The translations under genes were made by a program, and so were the position numbers. 64,000 nt of DNA, from NCBI GenBank assembly GCA_020891255.1, contig BQFW01000003.1, forward strand, positions 1,550,001 through 1,614,000, given 5' to 3'. Source of the stretch: Entomortierella parvispora E1425 (lineage: Eukaryota > Fungi > Mortierellomycota). Below the pieces are notes generated by a model. It was given only the letters and a program-made list of their open reading frames with translations. It had not been told where the DNA came from and searched no databases. Below, in pieces: positions 1 through 10,602 of this stretch (positions are counted from its first letter, which is position 1; every line of letters starts with the position of its first letter).

Positions 1-1108
1 TGGGTGGAGCAGCGAAGGCAGCCGAGGTGGCTCCCATAACGGCGGCGCTGTTGACCTGCTGACCCTTCATGGAGTGAGGCATGTGGGTCTGATTAAGACC
101 GGTGGAGTGAAGGGGCTCAACATTGGATGACGACACGTTGGTGTTGGCCGAAGGGGTCGAGTAAGTGTTGGTGGTGGTCGAAGGAGTCGAGTACGTGTTG
201 GTGGTGGTCGAGGGAGTCGAGTAAGTGTTGGCAGTGGCCGAAGGGGTCGAGTAGGTGTTGGTCGTAGTGGTCGAGGAAGGAGCGGCAGACGAATGCTGGC
301 TCTTCATTGCACCTGTGATACCAGCGCCCATGGCAGTGACACCAGCACCAATTCCGACGCCTCGGGCAGCGGAGCTCGAGGTGGTCGAAGCCGAAGGAAC
401 GGCGGTGGTGGTAGAGATGGGCCTCGCGTTGATGTTGGCGGTGTTGTTGGTGTTGATGTTGCTGGTCGAAGGAGTCATGGTCGAGGGAGTCATGGTCGTG
501 GTCGTCGACTTGGTGGCGTTCTAGCAGGATTTAGAATAGGTGAGACAAATCATCAAAAAGCCTAAAAAAAAAATGTTCATACATACCGATTCCAAGGCGG
601 CAAGCTGGTGAGGGTGGGGGCTGGCATAGACATCCTTGGTAGAGTCCTCATGCGAGACCATCTTTTTGGCAGCGTTCATAGCGGTAGCTCCAGCTGCGGT
701 GGCACCAGCAACAGCGGTTGTGGCGACGCCTGAAGCGGTCGAGGCGACATTCGAAGCTCCAGAAGCAACAGTGTCGGTCAACGACTTTCCAGTCTGGGAA
801 GCACCCTGTCCAGCCCCACTGATATGAGTTCTGTTCATAGAATCAACCAAGTGCTCCTTGGCAACCTCGATGTTGGCGCTATCGTAGGGGCTGGGGGTAC
901 CACCGATGGTGGGACCGGCAACCTCATAGTTAGTGCCGCTGGGGTTCTGGAGGTTAGCGCGCATGGCCGTCGCATTGGGCTGCAGGTTCTGATAAGAAGA
1001 GGTAGCGATGCGGTCATTGATGTTGTTGGCAGCAGCAGAGCTGTTGTTGCTGTTATAGTTGCTGCTACTATTTTGCCCACGAGGGTTCTGTTCGTTGCTA
1101 CGTTGCAT
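1..1108 (-). CDS. Low-complexity Ser/Thr/Asn/Ala-rich hypothetical protein, 2+ exons, 3' end runs off the window
   Basis: ORF 1108-587 ends at a GTATGT donor; the CTAG acceptor at 524-521 resumes in frame (NATKSTTT...) with no stop down to position 1; contains TPSxTTNTYS repeats. Confidence 0.7.
137..278. repeat. 30-bp coding tandem repeat (about 4.7 units) encoding (T/A)NTYSTPS(T/A)T
   Basis: Units GTTGGYRKTGGYCGARGGRGTCGAGTAVGT start at 137, 167, 197 and 227, with a partial unit at 257. Confidence 0.9.
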
Positions 1109-1695
1109 CGTAGGTAGTTATTATGTACAATATTTACAGGGTAGGAAGTATGTGAAGGTGAAGGTGATGGAGTATGTATGTAAGTGTGGTCGTAAGAGAG
1201 GGACGAAAGAGAGAGGAACGAAAGAGAGAGAAACAAGTCGTGAAGAAAGGTCGAGAAAAAAATTTCTGGACCTGAGACAATCGACTGTGATTTGCATGGT
1301 TGCAGATCAGAGACAGCCAAACGCGCGCGCTCGTTGATGCATCAACCACTCAGAGGCCAACGCGTACAAACGCGTACTACTTACTGTTCCTTTGTTATGA
1401 TCTTGGTCATGCAATGGGCGTTCGCTAGTCAAGCATCTGCGTTGGTCCTGTCTTTTGGGTCCTGAATCATTGTTGCGTATGCGCCATGATTTTATTATAT
1501 ACAATATTTACAAATGCAAAAGACAGGAGGTGGAGTGTAGAAGTGTAGTTGCTAAGGCAATGGAGAAGCCTGTCGTCAAAAATGAAAAGCAAAAGGAGAG
1601 AAGAGGAGAAGGAAAGAGAAAGAGAGAGAAAGGTAAACGGCACAAGCCTGCATGTGTGAAGACCAAGAGACACCAAACACCCCAGCAACACTGCG

Positions 1696-3524
1696 TTAAA
1701 AGTAGCCGCCACTGGCAGTTTGCTGTTGCTGAGCTGCCTGCTCCTGCAGTTTTTGCAGTCGCCTCTGACCATATGCGCCAAGGTCTTTGGTGCTGTTGCT
1801 AGATTTCAACAAGGCTGGTGAAGAAGCTGACGGTGTGAGTGGCTGTCGCTGTCGGAAGGTGCTCTTAGGTGTAGGGAGAGGTGGTGGGGGTTCGGTATCA
1901 ATGTTATCCCGGTAAGCTCGTTGACCACGATGAGGGGATCGGGCACGCGTGCTCCCCAGGTGGCTAATCTGGGCCACCAAAGCATCCTGGCTACGCTTTC
2001 CCTCGAGTCGACTCAAAGCTTCGTCTCGACTGGCGTCGCTTGAGGTACGCATACGGTTGCCGACTTTGAGACTGCTCGAGCCATTGTTGACAGATCGACT
2101 GCCGACACTTTCGGCGCCTGTTCCCAATCGTCTACCAAGGGTGCTATCTTCAGAGCGTGAAGGTTGGTGACCACTCTCCCCGCCTCTGCCACGTTGGGAT
2201 GGGATGCTATAAGAGTCCTTGGATGAGGAATTCTCTCTCAAGGAGCCATCCCTTGCCAATCTGTGTCGAGAGAAGCTACCATTGCTCATACTCGAAGCCT
2301 TTGTGAGAGGGGACGTCGCCTTTGTGAGAGGGGATGAAATGGGGGTCAACTCCAATTCCGCAATCTTTTTCGCCATCTCCTTTTCTTCTTTTTTATCGAA
2401 GTAATCGCGAAGAACACGGCTGACATGAGACTCGCCTTCGTAATCCGAGTCGTCTGAATCTAATCGCATATAAACAAAAGCACAAATAGCAATCGTCAGT
2501 AAATTGGTAAAGATCAGTCGTACTGGGAAGGCATGTAAACAAGCAGGATAAATTAATAGCAACAAGGGGGCGAGCGATCTCAGGCAGGAGGCAAGAGGAG
2601 AAGGGGGACAGGAGGGAGACAATGAAAGGTAGACAGTCTATCCACACAGCAATAATTGCTCAATCTTACCTGGCCAACGCTCTTCTCCAGTAATGACTGT
2701 ATTGATGACATCCTTTGCAGCCCGCAATTTGTTCCAGAGAGATGCCCCCGTGGTTGGCTGAGCAGCAGCGGCAGCAGCGGTGGCATTGTGAGCTTGGTGC
2801 ACGAGTTGATTCACGGCTGGATCTGCATCAAAGAAAGAGAAAGAGCAGAGGAACAAAAGTGGTAATACACTAGTCGTCAGCTCATTTGAAACCTTAGCCC
2901 GCAGTTATTTTGCCTGCTCCAGTTCATTAGCCTTCATCCAGGGTCCTTCCTTCTGTCTCAAGTTCGTTCGTTCGTACCTTCCCGAATGGCTCTGGCTGCA
3001 GCATCACGCTCCTCTCGCTCTCGTTGCTGTCTTTCTCGATCGCGTTCCTTCATTCGTTCCTGAAAGGACATGAGCGTCGAGGATGAGGACGACGAGTTCT
3101 TGGAGAGCATGGTCTGTCCGCTGTATCCACTGGCACTGCTCCCACTGGAGTTGGCCCGGAAGTGCCCCTGTCCACCACTTCCACCTGACGGCCCAGAAGG
3201 CATGCCACCGTTTCCATAGCCAGAGGACGCAGGGTTGGACTCTGAGCGCAATCGGCTGCTGCTGGTGCTGCTGCTGGTGCTGCTGCTGGTATATTTCCCG
3301 GTGTTGTTGTCGTCGTAGGCAGCTCGTGCGCGAGTTCCGCCATTGCTCACACTTCGGACAGGAATGTTTGGCATGGACTGCTTGGACTGTAATGACTGCA
3401 TATGTTGCATCTGTCGGTTCTGTTGCATGAGCTGCTGCTGTTGAAGCTGCTGGTGCCTTGGAGGGATGATGGGCATGCCATAGGGCTGCTGCTGCACCGG
3501 CATGCGAGCGTAGTTCTGAGTCAT
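1696..3524 (-). CDS. Gln/Ser-rich protein with an Mso1-like (Sec1-binding) motif; 3 exons (about 3524-2979, 2823-2670, 2459-1696)
   Basis: GTACGA and GTAAGA donors and CAG/TAG acceptors join MTQNYARM... to ...SLWNKLRAAKDVINTVITGEERWPDSDDSDYEGESHVSRVLRDYFDKK; the last segment resembles the Mso1 N-terminal D..E.D.HV.RVL..YY motif from memory. Confidence 0.6.
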
Positions 3525-4376
3525 TTGCTTGATACAAAAGTCGGAATAGAAGAAGGGGATGAGCAAAGACAGATGAGGGGATGCCAAGAAAGGGAAGAGA
3601 AGGACAAGGAATGAGTCGTGCGATGGAAGTTAAGAGAGGAGAGAGAGGGAAGAGAGAGGGAAGAAGAGAGAGGGGGATAGAGGTGGACCAGCAGCAGGAC
3701 ATATCGTGTATTGTTTCCAGGAACAGTGCACTCATTGGCTGCCAGCCAGGCCTTTCTAATTCTATTGTTTTCGTGCTCGAGCGTGTGACAGGACCATTTC
3801 ACCCGGCCAGGGAGTGCCTTTGTCTTGCAGACTCGTGTGTGTGTGGACGAGCGTGTGCTCAAGTAAGTTTGTGCGTGTTGTGAAGAGAGGATGTGGTTGC
3901 TTTCTCTTGCTTGATTTGTTCCAAGTGCAAGGGAGAAGGAGAAGGCCACAACAGGCGCCCATACTCTCATTCTCCCCAAGAGATTGCCCCTGGCCAACGT
4001 GCGCCAAGGCGCATTGGGTGTGATCCTAGCGAAGGAACGACCGTTGACCTTTGTCCCTACAAGTGATCAGTCTCTATTAAGGGGCACCGTTCATCTGGCC
4101 CACCACAAAATGAGCAAGTTACAAGAACAGCACCATGGACGAAGAACAGAAAAAAATTCTTGCCGTCTACACAGCGGCTATTGAGGCAACAGACAAGGTC
4201 ATGTTTGGGCGGAACTTCCCCCAAGAGACAGTCTTTCGTCTAAACTTCACAATTGGTCCAGAGACCAAAGACGGCCAGGACTCGATCTATGAGCGAATCA
4301 CGCGCATCAAGGGAATGGATGTTGGAGGTCTTTGTTTGGCAGTTCAGAGCTCTCTCACTGTGGGGGAGATGAATGC

Positions 4377-4450
4377 TTATCCCTTAGTCTGTACCACAGG
4401 CAAATTTAGCCTTAGGACAAACGTAGGATAAATATAACTATAGTTTCGAT
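4377..4450 (-). ncRNA. Candidate Fanzor omega-RNA scaffold segment (nested hairpin just 3' of the stop codon)
   Basis: Minus strand reads TTATCC-TAC-GTTTGT-CCTA-AGGC-TAAATTT-GCCT-GTGGT-ACAGAC-TAAG-GGATAA, giving three nested stems that start about 20 nt after the Fanzor stop. Position fits a TnpB/Fanzor omega-RNA; boundaries are unknown. Confidence 0.35.
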
Positions 4451-7400
4451 CTATAGTGACTGAACTTGTGGTCTTGCAAGAGACTGGGGTCGACCCATCG
4501 TCTTGAGGTACTGCTCTCCAATGAGCGCGATATTGTGTGCGCCTACCAGGTCACGATGGATCCATCGCGAACACTGGATACAGGCGCACACCCGCATGGA
4601 TGGCTTGGCTAACCGGGTCTGCTCATCCTTGGCGGTACATGTCGGGCACATAGTTGATGACAGGTACTCGTCTACTAAAGCTGCGTGGTATCCTAGGGCC
4701 GTGCTCTATTGGAAGAAGTTAATATGGAACAGGTTAATGGAAGGTGTCACGAGCATCCCTTTTTTTGTTGATAAGATCAAAGGTAAACCAAGGACATTTC
4801 CCGCATTTGTACCTTTTGAAAAAGACGACGTAGGAATGTCGTATGCAACGAGGTGAGGTTGAGTCCGGTCCTAAACGTTCCATTGCCGAGAGCGAAAAAG
4901 ACCTTTCTCTCTTTGACAGGGATGCCCTCCAGTGCCTCGTCGACCATTCTCAGAACACCCGCCACTGCCAAGTCCATCTCAGACAACTTGGCCATCCTAT
5001 GTTGGTGCGCCGCTTTCTTCCGATCTGGAGAACTATGGAATCCGTGTAGTATGGGTTCCAATTCGAAGTATCGTTGGTGTGCAGCCACAAGGGAGTCCCA
5101 GGAATCGTATGAAGTTGGACGGAGAGCGTTCTGTAAATCGTACAGGGAGGGCAGAGAAGTGGGTCTCTCCTGTCCATCTGCTCTTCGTGTCCATAGCTCT
5201 GTATCGATTTTGTCTGAAGGGCCTGCTTGCGGATATTGCCTCTTCCAGTTTTCCTCCCATGTTCTGAAGGCCAGTGTGGGCTGATAGAGTGATGCGCGCC
5301 TTACTACTAAGTTAACGACCGTGTCTTCGTCGAGACGCATACAAAATGCCCCGCTCACCACTTCCCCAGGGTCAATTTCCGATCACCACTACGGACTCCA
5401 AGTTCTCACCAAAAGTGTCAATCAGTGACTGACGGGTGGGGCATTGGTTCTCGATGCGCTTCATAAAGCTTTTGTGGCCTGGAGCCTGTCGATTCTTGGT
5501 AAGATCATAGCCCAGCAGCTGCAATTGATGGCCGTCCGTCCGGATGAAATTATTCAGTGCATATCGAGTACGACTTTGACGAGGGGCTGGCAATGATGGG
5601 GGGTTGGACTGAAGGGATGGCGTTACTACAGATGACGAGGATGAAGACGAAGAGAACGAAGACTGAGTCAAGATGGACTCATTATGTCGGACTCTGTAAA
5701 AGTTGATCCGGTCAACAAGATATCTGTCTAGCGGTCCTTGCCCATAGACCTCAGGATACAACCTAAAGCATTCGTCCATAGTTGTCGTGCGTTTGCCATA
5801 CGTTGTCTGCTGCTTTTTTGCTAGTCGAATGCTTTCTCGATCTCCGATGAAAAGCGTCTTGATGATGTTACCGACTGCGGTGCTCAGTTGAGATTTGGCC
5901 CATTGGTGGCTATGAGTTCCTCCTTCCCATATCTCACCGACAGACCCTGCATCCCTTCCCCAAAGAATCCTCATCAGCCCCTCCTCTCTGATGTCAATGA
6001 AACTGTCTGTCATCTTTGGCTGAATGCAAAACTGAGGCTGGCTCGGAGTTGGAAGCTTTTGAAGGTCGCCCCAGCATGTCAAGATATGGCGAGGCCTGAA
6101 GACAATCTTTTTGGACTTCTGTCTTGGATCCTCGTCATCCTCCTCGTCACCCTCTGGAGGTGCAGCGTCGACGTTGCTGTCGTCCTCAGCATCTTCCTCT
6201 GTTTGTGGAAGATCGGCATCGTCAAAGCCCAGTTTCTCCATCTGAATTCAATGAAAAGAAGGACGTTAGAATTCGACACACTCTGTTATTTGCGTAGCAC
6301 TCATTGAGAAAATAGGTGATACCTTTGCGCGGATCGTCTTTGGTAGTTTTCTGTAGTGCATCTTTATATCTAGGCATATTTTTGGAGCCAAATCATCGAT
6401 GACTACGCCGAGGGGTATATTTGATGGGTTGACGGCTTTGAAACCAGGATACAGCTCTTTAAATCCTTCGAATATCAAACGTGCCTCCACTAGGGCATCT
6501 TGTGACGTTGGCTTGTGGGCCTTAGGTCCTCGAACACTAGTTGAATTGCGAAGGACATAAGACATCAAATTCCCTACAACCAACTCAGCCCAGTCCGAGT
6601 CTAGAATCTTTTCTAGAAACGGTGCTGATCTGTTGGTTGCCGGAGCGTTTTGGTTTGCCTGTTCATCGCTCATGACTGTGCCTTGGGCCATCTCACGGAC
6701 CGCGGCGGGGCTATGAGTTGTCTGCCGCGAACCAGAGAGCAGCTCTCGAAGAATTCTCATCTCGAGCATCTTTAGCACGTAATGCTTAGCAGTATTCACA
6801 ATAGACACCGCCATGTCGATTCTTTGGGAAATCAACTCGGTGTCAGCCATAGAGAGATCGGTTGCTCGTCGGAGGCATCCTCGAACAGATCCAGTAGTGA
6901 GAGTTACTGATGCGAAAACTGACTTGAACGATTTTTTCAGGGCAGCTGGACTGGCGTTCTCCTTTCGGTAGTCCAACATCTTTTTTCTTTTTTTCTGAGG
7001 AGGGGGGACAGGTTGGTTGTCGTTGGTGGTTTTCTCCTTGGGTTTGTATGTCCGGGGCGCTGCGGGCTCAAGACCGTGCAGGTTTGCGTCATCAATGGGG
7101 CTAGCAGCGCTGAGATGTGCAGTCTGAGGAACGTACCGGTCCGTTAGATCAGTGCGAGAGCGAAACCTAGAAGTAAACCAGTGTTATTGAAATTGATTTT
7201 GACAAGAATGGCATGACATAGCTGGGAAGGGACATTCAACATTATATACTTACATTGATTGTCGCCACTTTTGCTTTCGCTTTGATTGAGCGCGTGTGCT
7301 ATTGCGCTTCTTCCTCTTGCCGCTTCTTTTGATAGGGGGAGATGCTAGGGTGATAGGGGGTGGTGCAAGGTTGGCGGCTTCAGGACTTGAGTCAACATCC

Positions 7401-9012
7401 ACAGGTTGGTGGGCAATGGATACAGATGGCTCCACATCGGGTGCTTGAGCTCTAATGTAGCGATACCGACTAGCCTTCGCCATTTCTGAATCCCTAATGA
7501 GAGTGGTGAGGGTGCTGCAGATGTCGGGCATCGAAGGGCTGGGATCAGCCGTGGTATTCGTGAGGGGATGCTCTTCAGTGGTCACCAGAACCCTTATAGC
7601 AATGTCGAAATGATTGATGGTAACATCCAGCTGCCGCTGCGCCTTGTCGATTCTCATCTCGTCCTTCCTATCGGCTTTTGACGCTGACACCTTTTGTTTC
7701 CGCTTCTTCCTGTTTTCGAGGGCCGCGTCCCTGACTCTTAAAGCATTGGAGTGAATCTCGCTCAAGCAGTGAGAAAGTTGATTCTTGAAATCAAGTAATT
7801 TCTCCTCGACACCAATGCTTTCGAGCCTCTCTATTTGCAGCTTCCGCACTATATCAGCGTTAGACACCAAGCCGTAAAAGGGAACGCCGTCGGCATAGTC
7901 GTTTGTGGTCAAGGCAGCGAGGAGGAGAAGGTGGGCCGAGGTGGGAAGCTGTAACTGCTCCAAAAGATCAGCTTTCTTGAATGTAGTCCACTCTTTACCC
8001 ACCGGAAGAGTAACTGACATGCAGACCTCGTAGACTATTAGATCCGAGTCCTTAGTGATGATGCGTATATTCGAAGGGTCTGTAGCTTGCGCGACGCAGC
8101 GGACTATGCAGTTATCGGCCTGGTGCGCACACCGACACACGGTCCACCCCTTCTCCTCTAGAACATCTAGCACTTGATCCAGGGCCTTACGTGGTGCTCG
8201 ATACAAGGATTTAAGACGCCTGTACAACTTCTTGGTGCCTTTGAGTCTCCCTTTCTCAATATCCTCGCGAAGCTTTTCCATCCGTCTATGCAGATCATTG
8301 TCTCGTTTCTGATGTGCATTTTCTTTCTCAACAGACCGAGGTCCATCCTGGTGAATCGTCGTGCAGTCTGGAGACACATGATTAAGAAGGATACCATGAA
8401 CAGCTAAGCCAATGTGACGATAATACTGATGATATCAATGGAGATTGGTTAGAAGGTATCATGGAAGTAGCATTATGGGACAAAAAAAAAAAAAAAAATG
8501 CTTGCAATGTCTTCGTTGAGATCTTGCGTGGTTGTAAGGGCACCGTCGCTGTCAAGGAAGATCTGAGATGGTTCTTCCTGAAGCAGACTTTGCATCGTTT
8601 CAAGGAAGCTTGACGGGGCTGCTTCAACATCACTACCCTCGAAGGTTGAGATCAGTTCTTCGGAACCTGCAGCTCTGAGAGTATTGTCATCGCAAGCCTT
8701 GTTGGAGTCTGCTTCTGGAGATGATAGACGAGCATGCTTTGATGGAGGGCCATTTGAGTCAAAGTCGGTTGTTTGCATGGACGTGCCTGGTCTCTTTGAG
8801 ATGACTCCTTCTGAATGGGCGTTAGGGATCCTTTCAAGGGCACATCGCTTTCGAGACTTTTTGGCTTCAGAGCTGACAGTTGCATAGAAGGCGCGCGCAT
8901 TCAAGAGGGCGAAAAACATTGCAGGAAAGTCGATATGGCACGTCTTGGTCTTCAAGTCTTCCACAACTCCGGGGCAGGCTTTGATAAATGGAGTCAGACC
9001 CTTGATGCCCAT
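4451..9012 (-). CDS. XPG/FEN1-like PIN nuclease fused to Fanzor1 (TnpB-like RuvC + Zn finger), about 1,400 aa; exons 9012-8506, 8425-7254, 7166-6323, 6241-4813, 4705-4451; one +1 frameshift at 5376-5378
   Basis: N-terminus: MGIKGL, CHIDF, HQDG..EK...QKR, HQAD, TKDSDL and the H3TH-like NDYADGVPFYGL. C-terminus: FIRTDG, RuvC-I VVIG-IDPG, FFALGNGTF, RuvC-II VDEYLSSTMCPTC, CIQC and RuvC-III HRDLVGAHNI...RPQSLARP. All four introns (80, 87, 81, 107 bp) keep the frame. Confidence 0.85.
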
Positions 9013-9317
9013 TCTGAACCTGTTCAGGCAAATTTTAAGGATGCTATGAGTTTCTTGTTCGCTTCCAGTCTGTCTCGATGGCACGAGTGACGATCGCTGA
9101 CCACTGAACTTACAACAGTAAGACGCGCGTTAGCGTGAGAGTGAGTGTGGCGTGTAAGTGTGTGCGATAGAGAAGGGATAGGGTAAGGCGGACAGAATAA
9201 TGAGAAAGGCATGCACGCTGTTAGAAGAAAGAGGTAGAAAAAACAAAAAATGATGGGAGAGGGAGAAAGACATCAATCTATCACTTGGAATAAAATAAAT
9301 CACTGGAATAATTTTTT

Positions 9318-9534
9318 GAGTGAACGAATTCCCACCTCCCCCCGTCAAACATCACTGTGACGGGACGTCAAAATTTATTCTGAGCCCACTTTTGACGGCC
9401 CTCTTCCCCCGTCTGAGTTGTCAACTGCGCTACTCTGACCCTCTCGCATCCCGTCAGAATGCTTCTCAGCACCTATTCCAACATGCCGTCAACGATTAAA
9501 TTATCCCTTCATCTTACCACCGGTGAAAAAAATC
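9318..9534 (+). repeat. Left terminal inverted repeat of the MULE
   Basis: GAGTGAACGAATTCCC...CGGTGAAAAAAATC is the exact reverse complement of 18878-19094. Confidence 0.96.
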
Positions 9535-10602
9535 CATCATTTTCTTGAATACTTTTATCGAAGTAAACTTACTCTAGAATAAAAATAGTGAGGTCTGATG
9601 ACCTCCCTCTGTCATTGCTGTTCTCTCACCAACGCTTGGCGATATGCCAAACAGGCCAAATGGAGATGACAAGTTGCGTTTCTGAAAGACCATTAAAGAT
9701 TGTTCTTGGGCCTGACAGACTGAAACTACTCACCGAACGGTATCCTCAACCATGATTATTTCAAAGCAGTCGTGACCTTGAAAAAGTAATTCACCCTCAG
9801 TGGGCTTTCTGCTCAACAACAGTCTAGGCACACTAGAGGAATGAAACGTTTTATGGCAACAAACTACATGTACTAGAGCATTCTTGGTCCACCCCTTCAT
9901 GGTTGACCACCCCATGTGCGACAATTACTATGCAGGTGCGGCCTGTCTGCCCCACTTTGCAACGCTCGGGCGAAGGCCAGCGGGATTTTTTTTTTCTGAT
10001 TGTCTGTTTTTGTAATACGCACACACCTGGACAAACGCGCGTCCATGTTATCCACCTTTCTTTTCCCCCAGCACCCCCTTCCACCATTTCCAAGAACAGC
10101 GATGGCACGACGTGACTACGAAATTGATTGGATGAAGAGATTCAAAGCAGAACTCCAGGCAGAGGCCGATGATCTCGATGTGCCAGGGATCTCCTTGTAG
10201 TCAACCAAGACTGTTTTACGGGCAGTCCTGAGCTGCAAAGGCTTTCCTCCAGCATCGTCAGTGCCTTCCTTCATTTTCTTTTTTACCCTTGTTCTTGAGC
10301 GGTACTTTCTTTGCGTCTGCCATGGGGATGATAGGATGACTCCCAGTGAAAATGAGACACTGCTTGTCAATAAGACTATGGTGAACGGCGAGAGGCAGAT
10401 CGCACCGTTGGTCGATGTAAATTTTTGGACTCCTCGGGATATTTTTTTTTTGATGCAATTGAATCTTGCGCGAAGGACCATTCGTTTTATTATCTCAACC
10501 CTCCTTGGACACGAGCAATTTCTCTCCTTCTTTCTCCTTCTTTCTCCCTCTTTCTCTCTCTCTCTCTCTGTGCTCTGGCTATAGAGAGCACCCAAACGTG
10601 AA

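Noticed and set aside
137-278. Regular repeats as a CRISPR-like array
   Set aside because: The units are contiguous with no unique spacers and are in-frame coding sequence.
4078-4095. TTAAGGGGCACCG as a possible Harbinger/piggyBac-type terminus for the Fanzor element
   Set aside because: No matching inverted copy found by eye in 9012-9317 or 19104-19880.
10000-10595. Short ORFs on both strands downstream of the transposase
   Set aside because: Low complexity, no recognisable domain and no convincing splice link to the transposase.
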